Positions 1 through 9,609 of a stretch of DNA of 32,000 bases are shown here, piece by piece. This DNA is from Candidatus Saccharimonadota bacterium (GTDB lineage: Bacteria; Patescibacteriota; Gracilibacteria; BD1-5; UBA2023). The notes under the pieces are model-generated. The model saw nothing but the letters and a program-made list of their open reading frames with translations. It did no database searches and was not told where the DNA came from. Position 1 is the stretch's first letter, and each line of letters begins with the position of its first letter. Both the position numbers and the translations under genes were made by a program. The stretch covers positions 1-32,000 of the forward strand of contig BAAFHK010000001.1 of the NCBI GenBank assembly GCA_042852035.1, given 5' to 3'.

Positions 1-340
1 TGGAAGCATCTTTGGATAATGCGAATTGGAGCTCAACACTTCCAGATCTTTCAGGAAATAAAACTCTCTTCGTTCGTGTAAAGGCCCAAGGAATTAATCC
101 ACCAAGCCAAGCAGTAACTCTGAATTTCTCAACTAATCCTATCGCTCCACCTCCTCCATCAGTAACCGCTGACGATAATAACAACACGGTTGTCGGATAT
201 AATGCGACTACTATGGAAGCATCTTTGGATAATGCGAATTGGAGCTCAACACTTCCAGATCTTTCAGGAAATAAAACTCTCTTCGTTCGTGTAAAGGCCC
301 AAGGAATTAATCCACCAAGCCAAGCAGTAACTCTGAATTT
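1..340 (+). repeat. Intragenic direct repeat with 213-nt period; 127 nt are identical between copies
   Basis: nt 1-127 are identical base for base to nt 214-340. The copies diverge at 128 versus 341. Confidence 0.95.
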
Positions 341-650
341 TACTGTAAATAATACGATTTCTATTTCGGGCAGTGCTTTCGAGGCTCTTGCTGACATGAC
401 TATTTCTGATAATTATGGCCTCCCAATAACTCCTATTAATGCAGGATGAGTTACTGATACTCAAGGTCGAACCATTACCTATTCAACTACAGGATTACCT
501 CCTACTATTACTATTAACCCAAGTACCGGAGTGATAACTGGTTCTTATGATGCTGGACTTCTAACATCATTTACAGTGACCGTCACAGCATCCAATGGCA
601 TAAGTATCGTTGAAAAAACCTTTGTTTTGACAATCAGAGATGATGGATAA
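1..650 (+). CDS. 3' part of a repeat-rich secreted adhesin-like protein (5' end outside window); two tandem 71-aa domains followed by a He_PIG/'putative Ig'-like C-terminal domain
   Basis: Frame 3 is open from nt 3 to TAA 648-650 once TGA 447-449 is read as Gly. It encodes the repeated unit EASLDNANWSSTLPDLSGNKTLFVRVKAQGINPPSQAVTLNF. The C-terminal 'TTGLPPTITINPSTGVITGSYDAG..FTVTVTASNG' resembles the He_PIG motif (GLP..l.in..TG.isGt). Confidence 0.7.
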
Positions 651-671
651 AAAATCGAACTCAACTTTGAT

Positions 672-2408
672 TTAATTCGAAATAACGAATTTTTTCAAAG
701 TGGCTTTAATAGGAAAATTATATCCTATGTTATTTCCTATTATGAATTGAGAGGGTATTGTTGATAGGGTGAAGCTTATATTTGTTTGATTGCTATAGGT
801 TCATAAATTCGTAGTTACACCCAATCTGGTTTTGCAGAAGTAATTTCAAACCGGATTCACATCGCCAACGAAACAAATCCCGTTTTTTACAATAAATAGT
901 TTCTCAGTTCAGAATTCGAATATGTAATGCTTTGTTGCTGAGAGGGTTATTGGTTCCTTGATCTCTAGAGTGAGAGTCTTACCCGACAGAGCACTGTATC
1001 AGCCAAGCTTGGAGGATATCTCTGATCAGCTAAAACCTATATATTGTCCCGATGCTAGTATTTTAAACCCCGCTCAAGGATTGAGTGTTCAAGAGGAATT
1101 TTCTCTACAGAGGTGATCGGTTGGAAGTCTTCATGGGAATACAGAGAGCGTCATCAGATCAGGACATATTGTACTTGCCATATTAGTTATATCGGATAGA
1201 GCAGGCAGACTAAAATCTGCAGTTGCCAGTATGTTGTTTGGCATACAACGATAACGCTCGTTCCACCACTTATTTCATGCATCACAGAGGCTCATGGCTT
1301 CAAGATTTCCAGAAGATGTAAGATTTCAGTCCGCTAAAATATTCGGGGAGGCGGCGAGTATTTCATCTCGAAGAACAATTCTCTTCGATGGGGAGAGAAA
1401 TGATCCAGATATGGTTCAAAGTCCATACATATATTCGATATCTTTCCTGACATTCTTTCGTATCCAATTATTGCCATAATTAACATATTTTTCTATTCAT
1501 ACCGGACTTGGTTTTACTCAAGTACATCAGAGTGGATTGATAATATATAACCCCCCAACCTTAATATCATCAAGGCTTTCGAGTAGATGGGTAGATTGGT
1601 TCTTACATCGAACTGAGGCTCAACTTGAGAATCGGGAATCAACGAGATTCACAAATGTTTGAGATGATGATGGGGTCTTGAGGATTCACCATCAACTCCC
1701 TGTATTAGTGACAACTACTACATTCCCAGTAGAGCTTAAGTTAATACTCGTTCATCGTACTCATACAACGATAATTTCTGTTCAAACGTTATAGGATCCA
1801 GTTTCGGTAAGGATACGTCACCAGACTGACCCATTTGAGAGCATAGCAGAAGCAATAGTTGTGCCATCTGGAAGTGTACCAAGATCGAGAGATATAGTTG
1901 TATCCCCATCAAGTCTCAGAATTGAACTATCAGCAAATACGATAGTCATAGTGCATCCTGGAGGGGTCTTTACTATATCTCAGGCTTTCAGTACATTTCA
2001 TGTTGCTGTTAATCCTTGAGTATTATCGATACGATAATAGTCTGCTGGACAGTCTTGACTTTGTATTGTTGCGTAATCTGTAAGGAGAACATTAACGGTT
2101 CCACAGATTCTTTTTCCAGATGAGTCAATTCCTATATACTTCTGCCCTGATGAGCAACTTGAATCGTCTTTAAGATACCCGCTTGCCGATACGCCAGAAA
2201 GAGCGAGACTATTTGGGACTGTTCCATCACCTGCATAATTTCCGAGATCATTCGTACCAAGAAGTTTTGTAAAAACTTTTCCAATAGTACCATCTCAAAT
2301 CGGTATACGTGGAAAGGCAGGAGTATCCGGAAATAGTCCTGGAAATAGCGCAAGAACTGAACCACTAATAAGTCCAAGACCAAGCAAAAGGAGAATAATT
2401 TTTTTCAT
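672..2408 (-). CDS. Secreted FecR-domain protein (578 aa)
   Basis: A 579-codon minus-strand frame from ATG 2408 to TAA 672-674 has no TAA or TAG. It contains 25 in-frame TGA codons, so it is essentially invisible in the standard-code track. The N-terminal signal peptide is MKKIILLLLGLGLISGSVLA. The central 'GSVWGRILTETGSYNVGTEIIVVGVRGTSINL' fits the FecR-domain core (..f.V.T....vgVRGT.f.v). Confidence 0.75.
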
Positions 2409-2417
2409 GGGATAATA

Positions 2418-2711
2418 TTAACGACAAAGAACATTTCCACTCGTATCGTATCCGTAGATGCACTTTCCAGCACCACAAGATTGATTTGGGGCAACCTGTT
2501 GAAAGCTTGTAACATCAAGTCCTCAGAGTTTCGCGCTATTAGCAACGGTGCCATCTCCATTGTAACTGACAACCTGATCTGGGGTGATACCGAGAATTTT
2601 CGCAAGAAGCTCACCGAAGAGTCCAGAGCTTGCAGCATCGACTACTGCTATCGTTGAGAGAAATCCAATAGCCCAGATGACTCAGGAGAGAAATATTCTT
2701 AAAGCTTTCAT
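2418..2711 (-). CDS. Small secreted cysteine-containing protein (97 aa), paralogous to the N-terminal module of the downstream FecR-domain protein
   Basis: Runs from ATG 2711 to TAA 2418-2420 with 2 in-frame TGA. The signal/TM segment is MKALRIFLSGVIWAIGFLSTIAVVDA. 'YNGDGTVANSAKLGGLD...CGAGKCIYGYDTSGNVLC' parallels 'YAGDGTVPNSLALSGVS...CSSGQKYIGIDSSGKRIC' of the 672-2408 product. Its stop lies 9 nt before that gene's start. Confidence 0.6.
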
Positions 2712-2770
2712 AGTAACAAAAAAGAGTGAGATTTTTGCAGCAAATCGGGAAATCTGATATAGTCTATAGT

Positions 2771-4825
2771 ATGCAATTCGCTCGAAATCTCAAGCATATT
2801 TTTATCATCTGGTGCATCGCATTCCTTCTCATTCTCTTGTGAGTAAAGCTTTTTGATTCGACTTTTACGATTTCTTTTACGCATTATTTTGTGTATAGAA
2901 ACTCCTGAATCCAGAGTATCCTTTTTCCATATCATTTTTCTCCTTCGAAAGATATAGCTCTTATTAAGATTGATGATGCGAGTCTGAATGCTTATCAAGC
3001 ACAAAGAGGGCTAAAAATGCTTACGATACCAAAATCTCGATATGCAAATATAGTACGACTTCTTGAAAGTGCATCTGTAAAGGGAATTGCTTTTGATATT
3101 ATCTTTCAGAATGTTGATCCATCGGAGGATCTTTTCATTAAGACCCTCAGTGCTAATAAAAATATTGTAATCGCAAGTAGTTATAAAAAAAATGCAGTAT
3201 GTGTTGCAGGATCTTGATGATTATTTGAGGACTGTGAGGGAATACCGAGAAAGCCATATCAAAATATTCCATGGTGACTTATTAATCACTATGAACAAGG
3301 GGATCGCAGACCATTTGTTGTTGATGTGAGTGGGACTACTTATTCCGACTGGAAGACAGATACAAAAATATATACCCTTCCTCTTGCTCTTGCAAATATT
3401 CTCAATCTCCCTTATGAGAAGTCTCGATATGAAAATCAGGTTGGAAAGGATTTTCTTATCCCTTATTTTGGTTGAAGTAATACGTATGCTCAGACAACAT
3501 ATGGCTTTAATGATGTTCTCTCGATGCGTTCCGATGAACTTGAAGAGGCGTTTTCAGGAAAATACGTATTCATCTGAGAATGAGGATCTATTATTCACGA
3601 CCAATTTCTTTCCCCAGTTTCTTCGACCATGATGGATGGAGTTGACTCTCATGCTCATCTTTTTGATGGGATCCTCCAAGGAAGATATTTAGAAGAGTTT
3701 AGCATGCGAGATTTAGGCTATAAAATTCTTATAGGATTCATTGCTCTTTTTCTTATCGTATTTTCACTTTTTCTCCCAAAATATATTTCACCGATATTTG
3801 CCTTACTGAGTATACTTTTGTTAATAGTGGCTTCTCGGTATCTCTATTTCCATTATGGATACGTTTTTCAAATCGATCCACTCATTCTTGCATGAGGGGT
3901 ACTCACATTTCCATTAACCTTTATTTATCGATTCTTTGTTATTGATAAAGAGAAACGTCTTCTTACTTCCGCATTTTCACATTATGTTGATGGGAGAGTT
4001 GTTGAGAAGATTGCAGCTTCAGGAAAGCCAATAAATCTCTGATGAGAATCGAGACGATTAAGTATCCTCTTTTCCGATATTGCAGGATTTACGACACTTT
4101 CTGAGAAGCTTCCACCGACAGATCTTTTCCTTCTAATGTCTTCGTATCTCTCGAAGATGACAGAAATTCTGACTCAAAATGGTGGAACACTCGATAAATA
4201 TATATGAGATGCTGTGATGGGTTTTTATGGTGCTCCACTCGATGATGAGAGACATGCATATCATGCCTGTGAGACTGCACTTAAGATGCGAGAGATACTT
4301 CCACAATATAATCAAGAAATTGCCAAACAAGGCTTAGGCCCCATAGATTTCCGCGTTGGTATAGCAACTGGGGATGTGTTAGTCGGAAATATCTGATCAG
4401 CAAATCGATTTAATTACACGGTTCTTGGTGATACTGCGAATCTTGCTTCAAGACTTGAAAGTGCTTCAAAAGAGTATGGTACTCATATTATTGTTTCTGA
4501 ATCTACCTACTTAGATACAAAAGAATTTTTTTCATTTCGAAAACTTGATAAAATTGCTGTAAAGGGGAAGAATGAGGGGGTATGTATTTATGAACTTGTC
4601 GCCAAAGGAGACTCTCAAACTCTAGACGGAAGTCTATGATACTATAAGAATTACGAAGATGCTCTAGAGTTGTACTTTCAAGGAAAATATCTTGAAGCAG
4701 GAAAACTCTTTGAAAAATATGCGAGCGTTGATGTTGCATCAGCTCTTCTTGCTAGAAGATGTCTCGATATCCTTGAATGAAGACTCAAAATAACAGATGG
4801 TATTTATAGGATGGAATATAAATAA
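2771..4825 (+). CDS. Membrane-bound CHASE2 sensor fused to a class III adenylate/guanylate cyclase (684 aa)
   Basis: One frame joins track ORFs 3017-3217, 3629-3895 and 4214-4396 through in-frame TGAs and ends at TAA 4823-4825. CHASE2-type N-terminus: TM segment, then 'DIALIKIDDASL...IPKSRYANIVRLLESASVKGIAFDIIF', 'VFIGEGGSIIHD' and 'GVDSHAHLFDGIL'. TM helices follow. Cyclase core: 'RRLSILFSDIAGFTTLSE', 'KYIGDAVMGFYGAP', 'RVGIATGDVLVGNIGS..RFNYTVLGDTANLASRLES'. Confidence 0.88.
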
Positions 4826-4874
4826 TACCAAATTATGAGGAAATATTTTCCCCCATTAAGCGAGTATTCTTGGA

Positions 4875-7862
4875 TTATTTATGAGGAGATATATTTGAAA
4901 TTTGAGATATTTGCTTGAGGAAATCTCTCGAGTCCTTCCAATTTTTAACCTCTGTCTTAATTTTTGTGACACTGAGGAGTATCATATCGTGTTTTGCATC
5001 AAACCGTTCTAGAAATGCGCGAAGGGCTTGAGGGGGGGTTCCTTGGTGGAAATCAAAATGATAGTTTTGCCCCACTTTTGATACTTTTGCAACGTGATAT
5101 TGGCTGAGTATAAGTGAGGTTCGTATCATGAGAAAAAGGTTTTCCAATGGGGATTGTGCTCAATCATTCATAAGAAATGTCTCTTCAACTCGATCGAGAT
5201 CTTCAAGGCTCTCAATAGCTTCGATTTCTCGAAAGAATGAAAGTTTATCTATATCAGAATCAAAGAAATCTGTTGGTAAAACATATGAGAGATCAAGTTC
5301 GATCTTCGTTTTTTCTTGATTATTTTTCCCACTTCGAATAGCATCAATTTTCTCCTCGAGGAGCTGAAAGTAGAGTGAAATTCCAACTTCTTTTGATTTT
5401 CCGCTTTGTCTGAATCAGAGTATATCGCCAGTCCCACGTATCTGCATATCACGCATTGCTATTTCATAGCCACTTCCGAGATGAGAATTTTCAGAAAGAA
5501 CAATTAAACGTTCTCTTTCAATATCTGAAAGTTCGTACTTTCGGTACATAAGGTAGCATTTTCCGCTGATATCTTTTCGTCCCACCCTTCAGCGAATCTG
5601 ATGAAGTTGTGCGAGTCAGAATTCTTCTGCTTCCGAGACAATTATAGTATTAGCTCAAAGAAAATTCACACCGTTTTCAATAATAGTGGTTGTAAGAAGG
5701 ATATCGTATTTCCCGTGCTTAAAATCATGAATACGATTCTCTATTTCATCCGCAGGCATTTGTCCATGTGTGGTAATTATTTTCATTCATCTTCCTACAA
5801 AGAGTTCTTCTATCTCTTTTTCTATCATTGGCAATGCTCGGATTCTATTGTGAAGAATGATTGTCTGTCATCATCTCTCAAGTTCAAGCTCTATTGCATT
5901 TTTAATAATCGATTCATCCCAGCGCACTACGATTGTTTCGATGGGCTTTTTTCTTGGGGGTGGAGTAGTTAAGAGTGATATTTTTTTTAGACCAGAGAGT
6001 GCTAGATTGAGGCTTCTTGGGATAGGAGTTGCTGAGAGGGAGAGGATATCGATATGTGCTTTCATCTTTTTGAGGGCCTCCTTATGAGCCACGCCAAACC
6101 GATGCTCTTCATCGATGATAAGAAGTCCAAGTCTTCGGAAGTGAACATCCTCTGAAAGAAGTCGATGAGTTCCAACGATAACATCAATACTTCCATTCTT
6201 AAGTTGCTCAAGTATGGATTTCTGTTCTTTTTGAGTTGTGAGGCGAGTGAGAGATGCTATTTTTACTCAGAAAACACCAAGCCGTTCATCAAAAGTTTCT
6301 CTGTGTTCTTCTGCAAGAATGAGAAGAGGAGAAATCACAGCTACCTGCATCCCAGAAAGTATAGCCTTATAAATAGCGTTCATTGCTACTTCTGTCTTTC
6401 CGAATCCAACATCACCTGATATAAGGCGATCCATTGGAATCTCATCTTCCATGTCAGCAAAAATATCTTCGATAATTGACTTTTGATCTGGAGTATGAGT
6501 ATAGGGAAATGCTTTGAGAAATGTTTCTTCTTCTGTTGGAAATTTTTTGAAGGGAATGCGTTTTGTAAGCTTTCTCTTTGCTTCTGTTGAGAGTATTTCT
6601 TCTGCGATTATTTGCACCTCAGCATCAGTCTTTGAGAGAGTGCGCTCCCACTCCTTTCCTTCTAATCGAGACAGTTCGATATCGGATTCACCGACGTATT
6701 TTGTAATTCGACCGAGCTCAGTGAGGGGAAGGTATACTTTATCATTTCAGCTATATCAAATTACCATATACTCCCTTTCTATAAGGCCGATACGCTTCTT
6801 TTCGAGGTTTAAATACTTTCCGATACCATGCTCACGGTGTACGACCAAATCTCATTCCTTGAGTGCGAGAAGAAGATCGAGGTGTTTTATAGAAGATTTA
6901 CGAACACGATTTTCGATAAAAATCTTTCAGAAAATATCATCCCCAAGGAGAATGTAGGGAGTTAGGGCATCTTCTAATATAAAGCTTTCAAATTGATGTC
7001 GAGAAGACTCAACGTGAAATTTTTGGAGGTTGTTGAGCTCAAAAAATTCATTTAACTTTTTCTCATATCGACTCACAATTTTTTTTATACTTCAGGAGTA
7101 TGTTGAGAGAAATGATTTAAGGGCTTCCGTATTTTCGATTTCGGGTTTTTTTATGCTTTTCTTTTCACTTCAAGTCCTCTCTAGAGATGAATACTCAATA
7201 ATGATTTTGCTATTTTCGTGGAGCCAATCTCTTTCAGCAATAAACTCAGTAGCAATAAGTGCAAGTGGATACTGCGAAATATATTCTAACAATTCAAGAT
7301 TTACAGAATCTTGAAGTGAGGAATTATTGACTTCACTCCCTATGCGTGGAAAAATTACAGAATCATGATGGACATGGCTTTCTCAAGACATTTCCATTAT
7401 GCTTTCTATCTCATTATCAAAAAACTCAATCACCCACTCACTTTCCTTTGCCATTATCCGAATAATAGATCACTCTCTCTTATAGGTGCCGATTTCACCA
7501 CGATAGTCACTCTGAGTATAACCGATATTGAGAAGATTCTCGATAAGGAGATTTTGCTCTATTTTATCTCACCGATTGAGTCGTAAAGTATGGAGTCTTT
7601 GGATTCATTCAAGATTTCCCTGAATTCTGAAAATATCAGCAGGAATAAGAAAAATGTGCTTATGACTTTTTTGGATTCCAAATACTTCACTTGCATGCGT
7701 GAGTGTTTCTATTTCTTGTCAAAGAAGAGACGCTCAGAGATTTTCTATCTCTTTTGATGAAGAATGAGTTCCAACATAAAGAATCGTTTTATCCTTTCAT
7801 TTTACAAAATCCCTCAAGAGAAAGAGGGAGGCTGTAGTATGCGGAATTCACGAAAATATCAT
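4875..7862 (-). CDS. mfd: Transcription-repair coupling factor Mfd (995 aa)
   Basis: A single 996-codon frame links track fragments 4875-5147, 5871-6092 and 6267-6617 through TGA codons. Motifs: 'GDVGFGKTEVA' (Walker A), 'LLIIDEEHRFGV', 'SATPIPRSL', a UvrB-homology N-terminus ('GTYKREGSIIRI') and a TRCF C-terminal domain. ATG 7860-7862 lies 15 nt after the frr stop. The true stop is TAA 4875-4877. Confidence 0.93.
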
Positions 7863-7877
7863 ACAAATTATGGTTCA

Positions 7878-8423
7878 CTAAACCTTCATTATCTCTGCTT
7901 CCTTTTGTTTCTCGATTTCATCAATATTTTTGATTGCTGAATCTACGGCTTTTTGGAGGTCGTTCTCATAACTTTTAATAACATCTTCGGAAAGTGTTTT
8001 TTCAGTCTTTGCCTGATCAAGCTTTTTCTTATAGTCTTGGCGAATATTGCGTATAGACACCTTTGCTTCCTCAGTCATTCGGCTTGAGAGTTTTACGAGG
8101 TCTCTTCTTCTTTCCTCAGTTAATGGAGGGATGTTAATAAGGATAGATTCACCATTGTTATTTGGATTAAGGCCAAGATTTGCATCAGTAATTCCTTTTT
8201 CAATATCGCGCATGATTGACTTATCCCAAGGCTGAATTGAAATTGTCTGAGCGTCAAGTGTCGATACTGCAGCTACATTTTTTAGGGGTTGACTACTTCA
8301 GTATGCCATGACAAACACACCTTCGACGATTGCGGGATTCGCTCTTCATGCCTGAAGCTTCGCAAGCTCATTCTTATAGTGTTCTATGGCTTTGTTAAGC
8401 TCTTGTTGAAGATTTGTGAGCAT
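7878..8423 (-). CDS. frr: Ribosome recycling factor (181 aa)
   Basis: Runs from ATG 8423 to TAG 7878-7880. N-terminus: 'MLTNLQQELNKAIEHYKNELAKLQA(G)RANPAIVEGVFVMAY(G)SSQPL...ISIQPWDKS'. The two TGAs (8346-8348 and 8298-8300) fall on the conserved GRA and YG glycines of Frr. The C-terminal 111 aa appear in the track as ORF 7878-8213. Confidence 0.93.
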
Positions 8424-8495
8424 AATGAGAAAATATAATTAGAATACAAATGTACAAATAGTGTATCCAATTTCTCCTTTTCTACAAGGTTTTTT

Positions 8496-8523
8496 TTGAC
8501 AAAGAATACTGATAACATATTAT
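8496..8523 (+). promoter_or_regulatory. Sigma70-like promoter for the 8561 gene
   Basis: TTGACA (8496-8501), a 16-nt spacer, then TATTAT (8518-8523). The -10 element overlaps the upstream ATG at 8522, which argues for the start at 8561. Confidence 0.5.
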
Positions 8524-8560
8524 GTTCAGGACTATTTATTTCCTATATTTTCCTCAATCT

Positions 8561-9403
8561 ATGCGATCTCTCACCATTAGTGTCGTCGCACTCGTCGTGC
8601 TTTCCCCAGTTGCGAGTGTTTTTGCTGCTGACGCAATAACCGCTGATCCAGCTGCAAATACTACACTTTCAGCTCCTACGAATGTTGCTCCATCTGCAGG
8701 TTCTTCGGCTTGAGAATATGCTTCAGTTGCGTGTAATTCAAACTCAGCTTTTGCAGTAAATAACTGTAACCAATGTTTTGATGGTGGATCAGTAAAAGTG
8801 GGACAAAGATTGACGGGACTTTTTGATAACTGGACAAATAACACACCGAATCCACTTACTGCATACAAGGATGAACAAAAAAATCCAAATATGGTAAAAT
8901 TTGGAAATTCAACTTGGACTACTACTCCTGCAAGTGAAGTTTCAGTATGGAAGACTCCATCAGATATAGTTTGGACGAGTGGAAGTGGAGGAAAGTCTTC
9001 ATTCATTCTTTCACCTGGAGGGAAGGTTCGCTTCATAGAAGCAGATTTAAATGCTGGATATACACTTGATAAGACTGATAAGAAGAATGGTGAACTCGTT
9101 GGTATCCTCAGATTCCCTGTGGTATCTCATGTTACAAATACTCAGACAGCAACTGAGGGTGCAGCAGATACTCACTATGAATGTGTCGCATATAAGCTCG
9201 ATGCACCAGCTCCTACTCCAACCCCAACTCCAACAGTTGTTACTCCTACTCCAACCCCAACTCCAACAACCCCAACTCCAACCCCAGCTCCAAATCCTGG
9301 AAATATGACTCAGACTGAGACGGGTCCAGAAACACTTCTCCTTATTGCTGCAGCATTCTTTATCGCCTTTGGCATGATGATGACTCTTAGAAAGAGAAGT
9401 TAA
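8561..9403 (+). CDS. Secreted surface protein with a Pro/Thr linker and a C-terminal sorting-signal-like tail (280 aa)
   Basis: The frame joins track ORFs 8522-8713 and 8798-9403 through TGA 8711-8713. The signal peptide from ATG 8561 is MRSLTISVVALVVLSPVASVFAADA. An alternative in-frame ATG exists at 8522. A PT-rich linker is followed by 'TETGPETLLLIAAAFFIAFGMMMTLRKRS', then TAA 9401-9403. Confidence 0.75.
9204..9298 (+). repeat. Coding Pro/Thr low-complexity linker (ACTCCAACCCCAACTCCAACA-type repeats)
   Basis: Encodes APAPTPTPTPTVVTPTPTPTPTTPTPTPAPNP. The 21-mer actccaaccccaactccaaca occurs twice. Confidence 0.85.
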
Positions 9404-9420
9404 TTATTCTTACAAAAAAA

Positions 9421-9447
9421 CCCAGGATATAGTCCTGGGTTTTTTTT
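9421..9447. terminator. Rho-independent terminator, potentially bidirectional
   Basis: Stem cccagga / tcctggg (9421-9427 and 9433-9439) with loop tatag. An A-run precedes it and a T-run follows. Confidence 0.8.
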
Positions 9448-9481
9448 ATTGTGATTTTTTCGTGAATTGCAAGGTTGAATA

Positions 9482-9509
9482 TTGACACTTTATATACTAT
9501 ATTTATATT
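9482..9509 (+). promoter_or_regulatory. Sigma70-like promoter for the 9610 gene
   Basis: TTGACA (9482-9487), a 16-nt spacer, then TATATT (9504-9509). This leaves a leader of about 95 nt that contains the palindrome TTAGC-N7-GCTAA (9559-9575). Confidence 0.45.
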
Positions 9510-9609
9510 TAAATGAATTTGTTTTAATGGCATAAAATATGTGAGATTTTTGCAAATATTAGCGAAATATGCTAACGTAGTCTGGTAATATATCTTTAAA
9601 TTATTCCTT

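Noticed and set aside
651-2404. An apparently gene-poor 1.7-kb stretch with only short ORFs, considered as a possible ncRNA or intergenic island.
   Set aside because: A 579-codon minus-strand frame with 25 TGA and no TAA or TAG, plus a signal peptide and a FecR-like core, explains the whole region.
5601-7586. Plus-strand track ORFs 5601-5972, 5857-6087, 6165-6419, 6514-6957, 7030-7314 and 7365-7586.
   Set aside because: All are antisense to mfd.
8554-9036. 160-aa minus-strand track ORF.
   Set aside because: It is antisense to the signal-peptide/PT-linker gene, has no start context, and has an odd composition. It is a shadow ORF.
9204-9298. Short periodic ACTCCAAC/CCCAACTCCA repeats, considered as a CRISPR-like or microsatellite array.
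   Set aside because: They are in frame within a CDS and encode a PT linker. There is no spacer and repeat organisation.
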